Positions 1-8,291 of a stretch of 24,594 nucleotides of DNA are shown here, in pieces (position 1 is the stretch's first letter; every line of letters starts with the position of its first letter). The stretch covers positions 1 to 24,594 of IMG/VR virus record IMGVR_UViG_3300036770_003163; one strand, 5' to 3'. The notes beneath the pieces were generated by a model. It was not told the origin of the DNA, made no database searches, and was given only the letters and a program-made list of their open reading frames with translations. Both the position numbers and the translations under genes were made by a program. This DNA comes from a virus. Its lineage: Duplodnaviria; Caudoviricetes.

Positions 1-61
1 TCGTGTAGCAACCGTCAACAATAACTCAACAGTTACTGTTGTAGGTACACTTTTAGCATAA
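1..61 (+). CDS. 3' end of an upstream gene (partial), probably a virion/tail-fibre-associated protein
   Basis: The frame from position 2 reads RVATVNNNSTVTVVGTLLA* with TAA at 59-61. It is beta-strand-like and lies directly before the fibre genes. Confidence 0.55.
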   Translation, partial: RVATVNNNSTVTVVGTLLA

Positions 62-91
62 CAAAATAAATAAAAGAGGGAGTGGTAGATC

Positions 92-547
92 TTGGCAACA
101 GTAGATAAAGATTTCAAGGTCAAAAACGGACTAGTCGTCACTAATGGCGGTAGTTTCGGAGGTGCTGTAACAGTAGGAACTCCTACTCAAGACAGCCACG
201 CAGCAACTAAGGAATATGTAGATTCTTTAACAGGATCTATGGCTGTCGGAACTACCGCTCCTTCTTCACCAAGCAACGGTACTCAGTGGTTAGACACTCT
301 AACAAATAGAGTTAACTTCTATTATGATGGAACTTGGTATACCCAAGCAACCATTGATGACACAAACAATCTTCCTCAGCACATTCACGATACAGCAATT
401 GATGGAACTGGTTTTATAGTATCTCAGTTCTATGAAGGCGGAACCTTCAATAGTCCTTTGGGTGTTGGAATAGATGCTGGTGGACCAGATACAACAGAGT
501 GGACTGTAGTATTTGACGGCGGTAGTGTAGTAGATAATTTCAATTAA
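92..547 (+). CDS. Short tail-fibre-like virion protein
   Basis: TTG start with SD-like GAGGGAG (76-82). Fibre-type motifs: FKVKNGLVV, PTQDSHAATKEYVD, APSSPSNGTQWLDT..FYYDGTW and C-terminal xDGG/EGG turns. Confidence 0.7.
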   Translation: MATVDKDFKVKNGLVVTNGGSFGGAVTVGTPTQDSHAATKEYVDSLTGSMAVGTTAPSSPSNGTQWLDTLTNRVNFYYDGTWYTQATIDDTNNLPQHIHDTAIDGTGFIVSQFYEGGTFNSPLGVGIDAGGPDTTEWTVVFDGGSVVDNFN

Positions 548-553
548 AATTGA

Positions 554-562
554 TGTTATAAT
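554..562 (+). promoter_or_regulatory. Extended -10 promoter element TGTTATAAT
   Basis: TGn+TATAAT in the gap before the fibre gene; same motif class as in the other intergenic gaps. Confidence 0.65.
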
Positions 563-600
563 AAGATAAGTTCATGGGCAGACCCCATAAGGAGAGATAA

Positions 601-2379
601 ATGGCAACAAGAATGCAACAGCGCAGAGGAACTGCAGCACAATGGACGGCTGCTAACCCAGTTCTCGCAGCAGGTGAAATTGGTTTTGAAACCGATACAA
701 GTAAATTTAAAATGGGTAACGGATCCTCTACATGGTCTGCATTGGAATACTTTGCCAACGCATCTGAACTAGCAGCACTTGTAAATGGTGCTCCAGGACT
801 TCTTGATACCCTTGACGAATTGGCACAAGCAGTAGGCGATGACCCACAGTTCTATTTAACAATTGGTCAGACAGTTACAAACCATACCAATGCTTCAACA
901 ATGGTACATGGTATTGCTGATACATCTGCTCTTGCAACTCTAACAGATGTTAATAATGCAGCAACAGGCGCTGCTTCAGATCTTTCAGATCACACATCAG
1001 CAACAACGACAGTTCATGGAATTGCCGATACTTCACTTTTGGCAACAACAGCAGATGTACAGGCAGCAGAAAGTGCAGCCTCTTCAGCACTAGGTGCACA
1101 CGAAGCACTTACACAATCAGTACATGGTATTGCTGACACATCGCTTCTTGCAACAACAGCAGATGTACAGGCAGCAGAAAGTTCCGCTGCTTCAGCACTA
1201 GGTGCACACGAAGCACTTACAGAAAATGTTCACGGTATTGTAAATACAGCAGATCTAGCAACACTATCAGACCTTACAGATGCAATTTCTGGTGCTACGG
1301 TAGACCAGTCTGCATTAGCAGGAGAAGGCATTGATTGGAATGCTTTAACAGAGCAGTTTGATATTGATTCAACAGTTGCAACAAAGACATATGCAGATAA
1401 TGCAGTCACAGATCATAACACAGAAACAGAAAATGTTCATGGTATTGCAAATACAGCACTTCTTGCAACTACAGCGAATGTAGCAACTGCAAAGGGTGAA
1501 GCAATTGATGCAGCAGCAGTGGCATCTGAAAACTATACAGACGCAGCAGTAGCAGCATTAACAAAGTCTTCAGTAGGGCTTGCAAATGTTGACAATACTT
1601 CAGATGCAGACAAGCCAGTTTCAACTGCTACACAAACAGCACTTGATGCAAAGGCATCATTATCTGGAGCAACATTCACAGGCTCAGTAGAAATTGATCA
1701 AAACCTAACAGTTGATGGAAACTTAACTATAAATGGTACAACATTCAGCGCTTCAGCAACATCTATTACAATTGAAGATAACATGGTCCAACTTGCTCAT
1801 GAAAATGCAGCAAATACAGTAGACCTTGGTCTTGTAGTAGCATATAACGATGGATCTGCAAAGCATGCAGGTATTGTAAGAGATGTTTCTGATGCTAAGT
1901 GGAAACTGTTTAAGGGAGTTGCAACAGAGCCAACTACAACTGTAGCATTTGGCGAAGGATCGCTAGATGATTTAGCAGTAGGAGCGCTAGAAGTAACAAC
2001 TGTAACAGCATCCTCTGGAGTCGTATTCTCAGATGGCACACAAACAAAAGAAGGCGTTCCATCACGAACACCAATTTCTCAAAAGACAGCATCTTATACT
2101 CTTTCTTCACTTTCTGAAAGAGATACATTGATTGAGTTTGATTCGACATCAGCAGTAACTATTTCAATTCCAACAGATGCACAAGTAGATTATCCAATTG
2201 GAACAACCCTAGATATTCTTCAAACAAATACAGGGCAAGTAACAGTTGCAGCAGGAACTCCTGCTACTACAACCGTTAACGCAACTCCTGGACTAAAGTT
2301 GAGAACAAGATGGTCCTCCGCTACCCTCCTAAAGAGAGCAGCAAACACTTGGGTCGTTTATGGCGATCTAACAGCGTAG
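601..2379 (+). CDS. Tail fibre protein (Mtd_N/hyaluronidase-type N-terminal domain, His-containing 36-aa repeats, phage tail repeat)
   Basis: SD AAGGAG. N-terminus QRRGTAAQWTAANPVLAAGEIGFETDT..KMGNG..W..L is typical of Mtd_N-type fibre anchors. Also contains the APGLLDTLDELAQAVGDDP fibre motif, the VGLANVDNTSDADKPVSTATQTALDAKA phage tail repeat and a C-terminal ..ATLLKRAANTWVVYGDL beta domain. Confidence 0.85.
   Translation: MATRMQQRRGTAAQWTAANPVLAAGEIGFETDTSKFKMGNGSSTWSALEYFANASELAALVNGAPGLLDTLDELAQAVGDDPQFYLTIGQTVTNHTNASTMVHGIADTSALATLTDVNNAATGAASDLSDHTSATTTVHGIADTSLLATTADVQAAESAASSALGAHEALTQSVHGIADTSLLATTADVQAAESSAASALGAHEALTENVHGIVNTADLATLSDLTDAISGATVDQSALAGEGIDWNALTEQFDIDSTVATKTYADNAVTDHNTETENVHGIANTALLATTANVATAKGEAIDAAAVASENYTDAAVAALTKSSVGLANVDNTSDADKPVSTATQTALDAKASLSGATFTGSVEIDQNLTVDGNLTINGTTFSASATSITIEDNMVQLAHENAANTVDLGLVVAYNDGSAKHAGIVRDVSDAKWKLFKGVATEPTTTVAFGEGSLDDLAVGALEVTTVTASSGVVFSDGTQTKEGVPSRTPISQKTASYTLSSLSERDTLIEFDSTSAVTISIPTDAQVDYPIGTTLDILQTNTGQVTVAAGTPATTTVNATPGLKLRTRWSSATLLKRAANTWVVYGDLTA
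904..1335 (+). repeat. 108-nt (36-aa) tandem repeat within the tail fibre
   Basis: VHGI codons start at 904, 1012, 1120 and 1228 (exact 108-nt period), with a fifth copy at 1435. The units at 1012 and 1120 are near-identical in DNA. Confidence 0.9.
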
Positions 2380-2408
2380 TAAAAATTTAATAAAAACTAG
2401 GAGATAAA

Positions 2409-3326
2409 ATGGCAGCAGGTAAGAAGACAGGTAGAAAGTCCCAGGCATCAAATGACTTTTTGGAGCCATTAACACCAACCATTACTGGTGCGACAGATGT
2501 TGGAACAGGTCGTGCATATAACAATGGAGCGGTTGATGTTTCATTCACACTACCTGCGCTTTCTCCAGCAGCAACATCTTATACTGTAACATCATCACCT
2601 GGTGGATTTGTTGGAACAGGAGCATCGTCTCCAGTTAGAGTAACAGGTTTAGCATCTAATACTGCTTATACATTTACAATGACAGCAACAAATGCTGCAG
2701 GAACTTCTGCTGCATCTTCAGCATCTTCTTCAGTAACTGCAACAACAGTTCCAGCAACACCTTCAGCGCCAAGCGCAACTGCAGGAGTAGACAAGGACAC
2801 AGTTTCTTGGACTGCCCCAGCAAATGGTGGAAAAGCAATAACTGGATATACCTGGGCATCTTCAGATGGAAAGGGTGGATCAACCGCTTCAACATCTGTA
2901 GAAGTTTCACAAGAAGCAAACACAGCACAAACATATACTGTTTATGCAACTAATGCTAATGGAAACTCAGGAACTTCTGCATCATCAAATAGCGTAACAA
3001 CTATTGCTCCGTTCTTCCCGCCATTCTTCCCACCGTTCTTCCCATTCTTCCCCCCATTTTTCCCACCATTCTTCCCGTTCTTCCCACCGTTCTTCCCATT
3101 CTTCCCGTTCTTCCCATTCTTCCCACCATTCTTCCCATTCTTCCCGTTCTTCCCACCGTTCTTCCCATTCTTCCCGTTCTTCCCATTCTTCCCACCGTTC
3201 TTCCCATTTTTCCCGTTCTTCCCACCGTTCTTCCCACCAACATTTACTAGCGGAGGCTGCTCAGGATGCGCCAGATCATATTGCTGGCAAGCATGTCCAT
3301 CATGTTGCGGAAGTTGTGGATGTTAA
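2409..3326 (+). CDS. Two-fibronectin-type-III-domain protein with C-terminal (PFF/PPFF)n repeat and Cys-rich tail; probable virion appendage or modified-peptide precursor
   Basis: SD AGGAG. FN3 signatures VTGLASNTAYTFTMTATNAAGTS and VSWTAPANGGKAITGY..YTVYATNANGNS are followed by 77 aa of only Pro/Phe and then GGCSGCARSYCWQACPSCCGSCGC. Confidence 0.85.
   Translation: MAAGKKTGRKSQASNDFLEPLTPTITGATDVGTGRAYNNGAVDVSFTLPALSPAATSYTVTSSPGGFVGTGASSPVRVTGLASNTAYTFTMTATNAAGTSAASSASSSVTATTVPATPSAPSATAGVDKDTVSWTAPANGGKAITGYTWASSDGKGGSTASTSVEVSQEANTAQTYTVYATNANGNSGTSASSNSVTTIAPFFPPFFPPFFPFFPPFFPPFFPFFPPFFPFFPFFPFFPPFFPFFPFFPPFFPFFPFFPFFPPFFPFFPFFPPFFPPTFTSGGCSGCARSYCWQACPSCCGSCGC
3009..3239 (+). repeat. 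Pro/Phe coding repeat: 22 units of PFF or PPFF plus terminal PP (9- and 12-nt units CCR-TTC-TTC)
   Basis: Read directly from the sequence: 33 Pro and 44 Phe. 42 of the 44 Phe codons are TTC; Pro codons are CCA/CCG with one CCC. Confidence 0.97.
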
Positions 3327-3332
3327 TAAACA

Positions 3333-3341
3333 TGATATACT
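3333..3341 (+). promoter_or_regulatory. Extended -10 promoter element TGATATACT
   Basis: TGn+TATACT just after the stop of the FN3 gene and upstream of SD AAGGAG and the 3364 start. Confidence 0.55.
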
Positions 3342-3363
3342 TTAACAAAAGGAGATTTATACA

Positions 3364-3792
3364 ATGTATGCAATATTAGTAAAAGATACTGGCGATACCT
3401 ACGATGTAATCGCAGCACTTAGAACCACTGAAGAGATAAGAGTTGATCTTGATTTAGAGTGGGATAAAAATCTTCCTATAGTTGGTATGGACATTAACAA
3501 TCATAAAGAAACAGCAACTAAGGGCGCTAACTGGGATGGCACATCTTTTGATGGAACTGCAAATGAAGGATTTTTTGCATTATCACAAGAAGAAAAAGAT
3601 GCACATAGACAGTATGCATTTTTATGTGATAATAAAATAATTCATAGAATAAGCGCAGAAACTGGTAGTGAAAGGGCAGCACTATACGATGCTGCATTTG
3701 CTGGAGAAGTTATATTGGTAAAATGTGTTTTTGCTGTTAATGGAACAAAGGTTGTATACAACAAAACAACCAGAGAAATAACAGCAGCCTAA
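3364..3792 (+). CDS. Hypothetical protein, possibly a fibre-associated/chaperone protein
   Basis: Good SD (AAGGAG). KGANWDGTSF resembles the GWxYDGxxF segments of small proteins that follow phage fibre genes (recognised by eye only). Confidence 0.6.
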   Translation: MYAILVKDTGDTYDVIAALRTTEEIRVDLDLEWDKNLPIVGMDINNHKETATKGANWDGTSFDGTANEGFFALSQEEKDAHRQYAFLCDNKIIHRISAETGSERAALYDAAFAGEVILVKCVFAVNGTKVVYNKTTREITAA

Positions 3793-3813
3793 CAATTTTT
3801 ATAATTTTTTCTA

Positions 3814-3822
3814 TGATATAAT
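3814..3822 (+). promoter_or_regulatory. Extended -10 promoter element TGATATAAT heading the oxygenase operon
   Basis: TGn+TATAAT in an AT-rich gap, upstream of SD AAGGA and ATG 3851. Confidence 0.65.
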
Positions 3823-3850
3823 ATAGTTATATTTAAAACAAAGGAACTAT

Positions 3851-4564
3851 ATGGCAATTTATGATGAAAATGAAACTCCCTGGTTTACCAAGGATAGATC
3901 AGAGACAGCAACAAACAGATATCCTTCAAAAACTATAGGTAACAACATCTTAGTTGAAAATCCAGCACTTGGAATAAACCTATATAGAAATACATTTTCA
4001 AAAGAAGATTCTGAAAGATATATAAAAATTCTTGAGTCAAATTTGGGCGGTAATGGAAAATATAAATGGTCAGAAGCAAAAGTAACAAATTCTGATGTTC
4101 CAATTAAAAAGGCTAGAGATGCTGTAGATTTTAGATTTAAGCAAGAAAACTTAGGCCCACGAGATGAGCATAACGCAGAACTTCTTGATCTTCACGAAGA
4201 AATTTATCAAAAGTTAAAATTTTGTGTTGATGATTATGCACGGTATTGGGGAATAAATGTAATATATTATGAAGCATTTAACTTTGTAAAGTATGAAGGA
4301 GAAGGAACACATTTTAATATACATGCAGACCATGGTCCAATGTACAACTGTACAGTATCGGCTGTTGTATATATAAACGAAGACTACGAGGGTGGAGAAA
4401 TTAAATTTCCAAGAATGGATAATTATACTCACACTCCAAAAGTAGGAGACATTATCCTGTGTCCATCTAACTACATCTATGAGCATGCATCTTTACCAAT
4501 GAAAAAGGGAACCAAGTATTGTGTTGTCGTAATGACAGACATTAATGAACTAGGACACAAGTAG
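3851..4564 (+). CDS. 2OG-Fe(II) dioxygenase, prolyl-4-hydroxylase-like (#1)
   Basis: HxD (IHADH), YINEDYEGGEIKF, distal His plus Lys at +10 (EHASLPMKKGTKY). Confidence 0.9.
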   Translation: MAIYDENETPWFTKDRSETATNRYPSKTIGNNILVENPALGINLYRNTFSKEDSERYIKILESNLGGNGKYKWSEAKVTNSDVPIKKARDAVDFRFKQENLGPRDEHNAELLDLHEEIYQKLKFCVDDYARYWGINVIYYEAFNFVKYEGEGTHFNIHADHGPMYNCTVSAVVYINEDYEGGEIKFPRMDNYTHTPKVGDIILCPSNYIYEHASLPMKKGTKYCVVVMTDINELGHK

Positions 4565-5331
4565 TGTCCCTGGTTGCTATATTTAGATCATTCAGACCAT
4601 GGCTAGATAAAGAAAACATCTCAGTTCCAGTACCAACCCAAAAAGAAATCCCAGACTGGTATAAGGATGCAGACAGATTTGCTAAAATGCCTAATGGTGA
4701 ATATTATAAAGCCCCTAAAGCAGTTTGTCCATTTCCAAAAGAGGGAACAACTGACGACTATGGGAAAATTCCCACATGGAAAGCATGTCCAGCAATTATG
4801 GATGCATTTTCAACTGGTTATCTTTTTAAAACTCCTTGTGATTTAACTTTTTATAAAAATGAACAAGGAATAATAAATGTTAAAATTGATGATGTAAGGT
4901 ATAAAGATTTTTGCACACAAAGACCACCAATGCCACAATTTGAGCATCCTAAAGGATACTATCAGCATCATTTTGCTTGGAGTTCTCCATGGGGCTTAGA
5001 ATTGCCAGAAGGATATAGTGCGCTGTTTATGACCCCAATGAATAGGTTTGATCTACCATTTATGAATACGACTGGGATAGTTGATTCAGATAAGGTTCAT
5101 TTACTTGGGAGTTTTCCATTTTTTATTGCAGATGGTTGGGAAGGAACGCTACCAGCAGGAACCCCATATCTTCAGATACTTCCATTTAAACGAGAAAACT
5201 GGGAACATGAAGTTGAGATATTGGGACAATCAGAGATATATGGTAAAATTGTAGAGAACGCAAACTTTTATAGACAGCCAGATGGCGGGGTATATATTAA
5301 AAAAGTTTGGACAAGAAGAGAGTATAAATAG
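4564..5331 (+). CDS. DUF6065-like / oxygenase-cluster-associated hypothetical protein
   Basis: GTG start overlaps the previous TAG. Motifs TWKACPAIMDAFSTGY, GIVDSD and GTPYLQILPFKRE are typical of phage proteins found with 2OG oxygenases. No HxD..H triad recognised. Confidence 0.6.
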   Translation: MSLVAIFRSFRPWLDKENISVPVPTQKEIPDWYKDADRFAKMPNGEYYKAPKAVCPFPKEGTTDDYGKIPTWKACPAIMDAFSTGYLFKTPCDLTFYKNEQGIINVKIDDVRYKDFCTQRPPMPQFEHPKGYYQHHFAWSSPWGLELPEGYSALFMTPMNRFDLPFMNTTGIVDSDKVHLLGSFPFFIADGWEGTLPAGTPYLQILPFKRENWEHEVEILGQSEIYGKIVENANFYRQPDGGVYIKKVWTRREYK

Positions 5332-5339
5332 GAGACAAA

Positions 5340-6023
5340 ATGCAAACATGGTCAAACAAAGAAGATCTTGGAAATGGAATATTCTGTTATAGGGATGTTA
5401 TCAAAAAAGAATTTGATGTTATTAATAGGCTTGAGAATGTTCTAGGTTCTGTTGCTGGTTATGGAGAACTATCTCCAGAAGGCAAAAGATACCACTGGAT
5501 GCCAGCATATGTAGGGTATCAGCAACTAATGCCTGACTATAGAGACTGTGTAGATTTTAAATATAAAAAAACCGATATTGAAAATGATAAAAGTGAAGAC
5601 TCTATAAAACTTCAAGAGTTGTGGCAGGATGTTTATAATGCACAGGCAGCAGCAGTTGAAGACTATAGAAAAATATATAACATAATGCCATTAAAATATT
5701 GGGAAGCATTTAATTTTATTAAATATGGTCCAGGACAACACTTTATGGAGCATCACGATCATGGTTATTCATACAACTGTACGCTTTCACTGGTTGCTTA
5801 TGTAAATGATGACTACGACGGTGGAGAGTTGTTCTTTAGACTGCAAGGCTTAAATATTAAGCCAAAGGCTGGAGATCTTTATGTGTTCCCATCAAACTTT
5901 ATGTACCCTCATCAAGCAATGCCAGTTCATTCTGGAACTAAGTATTCAATTGTAACAATGCTAGACTATAGTAAAAAGTATCATACTCCAGACATGTATG
6001 ATCCAAAGTGGGATCAAGAATAA
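5340..6023 (+). CDS. 2OG-Fe(II) dioxygenase, prolyl-4-hydroxylase-like (#2), paralog of #1
   Basis: HxD (EHHDH), YVNDDYDGGELFF, PHQAMPVHSGTKY. Shares EAFNFxKY..HxDHG..YNCT with #1. Confidence 0.9.
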   Translation: MQTWSNKEDLGNGIFCYRDVIKKEFDVINRLENVLGSVAGYGELSPEGKRYHWMPAYVGYQQLMPDYRDCVDFKYKKTDIENDKSEDSIKLQELWQDVYNAQAAAVEDYRKIYNIMPLKYWEAFNFIKYGPGQHFMEHHDHGYSYNCTLSLVAYVNDDYDGGELFFRLQGLNIKPKAGDLYVFPSNFMYPHQAMPVHSGTKYSIVTMLDYSKKYHTPDMYDPKWDQE

Positions 6024-6742
6024 TGATAAACATATCGGTAGAAAAAATGAATGGGAACCCATTCAATATTTCTCCAATGTCAATTAAAAGGGACTGGATG
6101 GATGCTACATCAGAAAATCATGCCTATAGGTGTTTTCCAGTAACACAGGCAAATGTTGTTGGGTGGAGCATTTCATGCTCTCAAGACATATCTTTTATTT
6201 GGGATGGGATAAATGATCAAACTCAAGATCATGTAACAATTATTTCCGCTCCAGAAGGTTCATATACTGGCAGAGGTCAGTCTTCTATAAGTTTTAATAC
6301 TGGTTTAGTTTTTAGAACAGACAAAGATGTAAGTATTCTTACAATTAATCCAGTAAATTATTTTAGTGAAGATTTTGAAACAATGTCTAACCTAATTAGT
6401 TCTTCTTTTTATGATAACCCGCTTCCACTAGCAATTAAGGCAAAAGCAGCAAATAAAGAAATAACAATAAAGTCTGGAACGCCAATTGCCACCATAATTC
6501 CAATATCTTTGACTAATTTAAATAATACTACAATTGAAATTTTTAATTATATAGATGAGGATAGGTCAAGAACCAATGCCAATATTGCATATGGCGAAGC
6601 AGCACAGGTTATAAATTCTGGAGGGAATTGGACTGATTGGTATAGAGATGCGGTAAATGAAAAAGGTGAAAGTTTAGGGTCTCATGAAGTAAAAACCCTA
6701 AAACTTTATGTCAAGGATAATACGAACGGTGATACAATATGA
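6023..6742 (+). CDS. DUF6065 family protein
   Basis: Signature KRDWMDAT..HAYRCFPVTQANVVGW and KSGTPIATIIP. Start moved to ATG 6023 (TAATG overlap) from the track's GTG at 6008. Confidence 0.7.
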   Translation: MINISVEKMNGNPFNISPMSIKRDWMDATSENHAYRCFPVTQANVVGWSISCSQDISFIWDGINDQTQDHVTIISAPEGSYTGRGQSSISFNTGLVFRTDKDVSILTINPVNYFSEDFETMSNLISSSFYDNPLPLAIKAKAANKEITIKSGTPIATIIPISLTNLNNTTIEIFNYIDEDRSRTNANIAYGEAAQVINSGGNWTDWYRDAVNEKGESLGSHEVKTLKLYVKDNTNGDTI

Positions 6743-7413
6743 ATATGGATGAATATAAAGTAGTACAAAGAAAACCATCAATAACCCCTTCTGGATGGTT
6801 TGGTGATAGCAAAGATATGATTGTAGAGTTAGAAAACTTTATGACAGAAGAGGAAATAGTATTTTTAGAAAAGGCTGCAAAGTCATTAACAATTTGGGAT
6901 GTTACAGAAAGCCATGTAAATGAAAATGGTACAGTTGTTTATGAAGCATCTTATTGGAAAGATAGAGTTGCTACTAGTCCAACATTAGACAAAAACAATC
7001 CAGCCATTGCCCCAGTTATTGCTGGACTATTTGAAAGACTAAAGCCAATTGTAGAAGATTTTTATAAAGTAAAAGTTATTCCAACAGGAACAACAATAGT
7101 TAGATGGCTTCCAGGTCAATTTCAAAAACCTCATGCAGATAAAGAGTTGCATGAAGGCCCAGATGCAGGGCTTCCAAATGATTTTCCAAACTATGATCTT
7201 TCTAGTTTGTTTTATTTAAATGAAGACTATGAAGGTGGCGAACTATACTTCCCACTACAAGGTGTTCAATTTAAACCAAAAAAAGGTGCTGCCTACTTTT
7301 TCCCAGGGGATAAAAACTATATTCATGGAGTAACAGAAATTAAAAGCGGTATTAGATATACATGCCCATTTTTCTGGGAGATTACAGAGCATACAGGAGA
7401 TAGAAAACCATAA
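6739..7413 (+). CDS. 2OG-Fe(II) dioxygenase, prolyl-4-hydroxylase-like (#3)
   Basis: HxD (PHADK), YLNEDYEGGELYF, IHGVTEIKSGIRY. ATGA overlap with the previous gene. Confidence 0.9.
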   Translation: MNMDEYKVVQRKPSITPSGWFGDSKDMIVELENFMTEEEIVFLEKAAKSLTIWDVTESHVNENGTVVYEASYWKDRVATSPTLDKNNPAIAPVIAGLFERLKPIVEDFYKVKVIPTGTTIVRWLPGQFQKPHADKELHEGPDAGLPNDFPNYDLSSLFYLNEDYEGGELYFPLQGVQFKPKKGAAYFFPGDKNYIHGVTEIKSGIRYTCPFFWEITEHTGDRKP

Positions 7414-8291
7414 TGTCTATAGATTTAGAAGACTTAGATGTAATTGAAATATATCCTAAAATATTTGTATATAAAAATCTTTATAAGGATATTAATTTTA
7501 TATATCAGTCTTTAAAAGAGTCAGATGGAACAGAGGGATTTTTTAATCCATGGTCTAAATGGTCAGATTTTGGACAATATATTTCTCCAACATTTAAGGG
7601 ATATGACTATATTCTACAACTTAGAGACGTTAATGCCCTAGAAGTAAAAACAGAAAAAGAAAAAGAACATAAAGATATTCTATTAGAAATACTAAATAAT
7701 TTTTATATAGCAACAAAAGACTATATTAAAAAAAACAATGTTGATTTTGATGAAAATAGAATTGTTCCAAATATTAAAGATAAAAGCGGGAATCCAATAA
7801 AAGAGTGGGTATTTTCTGGACCATCTATCGCAAGGTATCGAACAGACATTACTGATCCAGTAGCAATGACATACCATACAGACTATATAAGAGAACCAAT
7901 AGTAAGTCCAGGACACAAGTTTGCAATTACTGCTCTAACATATTTTAATGATGATTATGAAGACGGAGAAATTGATTTTGTTGTAAATGGCGAGGCTTAT
8001 ATGTATAAGCCAGAGGCTGGAGATCTTATTGTTTTCCCATCTGGACACCCAGACTTCTTAATGTCCGAAAATCACATATATCTCCATGGTGTTATGCCAG
8101 CAAGAAATAACGCAAAATATCTATCAAGAATGTACTGGACAAAGTACTCTGTGGGTGATCCAGAATGGTTTGAAAATGAAGAAAAATTTGGTAAAGAAAA
8201 GTGGTATGATATGCAGCATGAGATTATGCAAAAATTTAGAGAAGACAATCCCAACAAGTTTAGTACCGAAAAAGAAAGAAGGATAAAGTGA
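7413..8291 (+). CDS. 2OG-Fe(II) dioxygenase, prolyl-4-hydroxylase-like (#4)
   Basis: HxD (YHTDY), YFNDDYEDGEIDF, LHGVMPARNNAKY. TAATG overlap. Confidence 0.88.
   Translation: MSIDLEDLDVIEIYPKIFVYKNLYKDINFIYQSLKESDGTEGFFNPWSKWSDFGQYISPTFKGYDYILQLRDVNALEVKTEKEKEHKDILLEILNNFYIATKDYIKKNNVDFDENRIVPNIKDKSGNPIKEWVFSGPSIARYRTDITDPVAMTYHTDYIREPIVSPGHKFAITALTYFNDDYEDGEIDFVVNGEAYMYKPEAGDLIVFPSGHPDFLMSENHIYLHGVMPARNNAKYLSRMYWTKYSVGDPEWFENEEKFGKEKWYDMQHEIMQKFREDNPNKFSTEKERRIK

Noticed and set aside
574-588. Small hairpin ATGGG-cagac-CCCAT in the fibre gene leader
   Set aside because: Only 5 bp; too weak to call as a terminator or regulatory RNA.
601-2379. Diversity-generating retroelement suggested by the Mtd_N-type domain and the ~108-nt repeats
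   Set aside because: No reverse transcriptase is present. The repeats are tandem, mid-gene and differ at assorted positions, not in an adenine-specific TR/VR pattern.
92-3326. Collagen-like Gly-X-Y substrate for the prolyl hydroxylases
   Set aside because: No Gly-X-Y repeat appears in any ORF in this window; one could exist elsewhere in the genome.
3004-3345. Alternative-frame His/Ser/Arg-rich ORF (+) and Gly/Arg/Met-rich ORF (3001-3243, -) over the PF repeat
   Set aside because: These are shadows of the repeat with no SD. Variation falls at synonymous positions only in the Pro/Phe frame, which is continuous with the FN3 domains.
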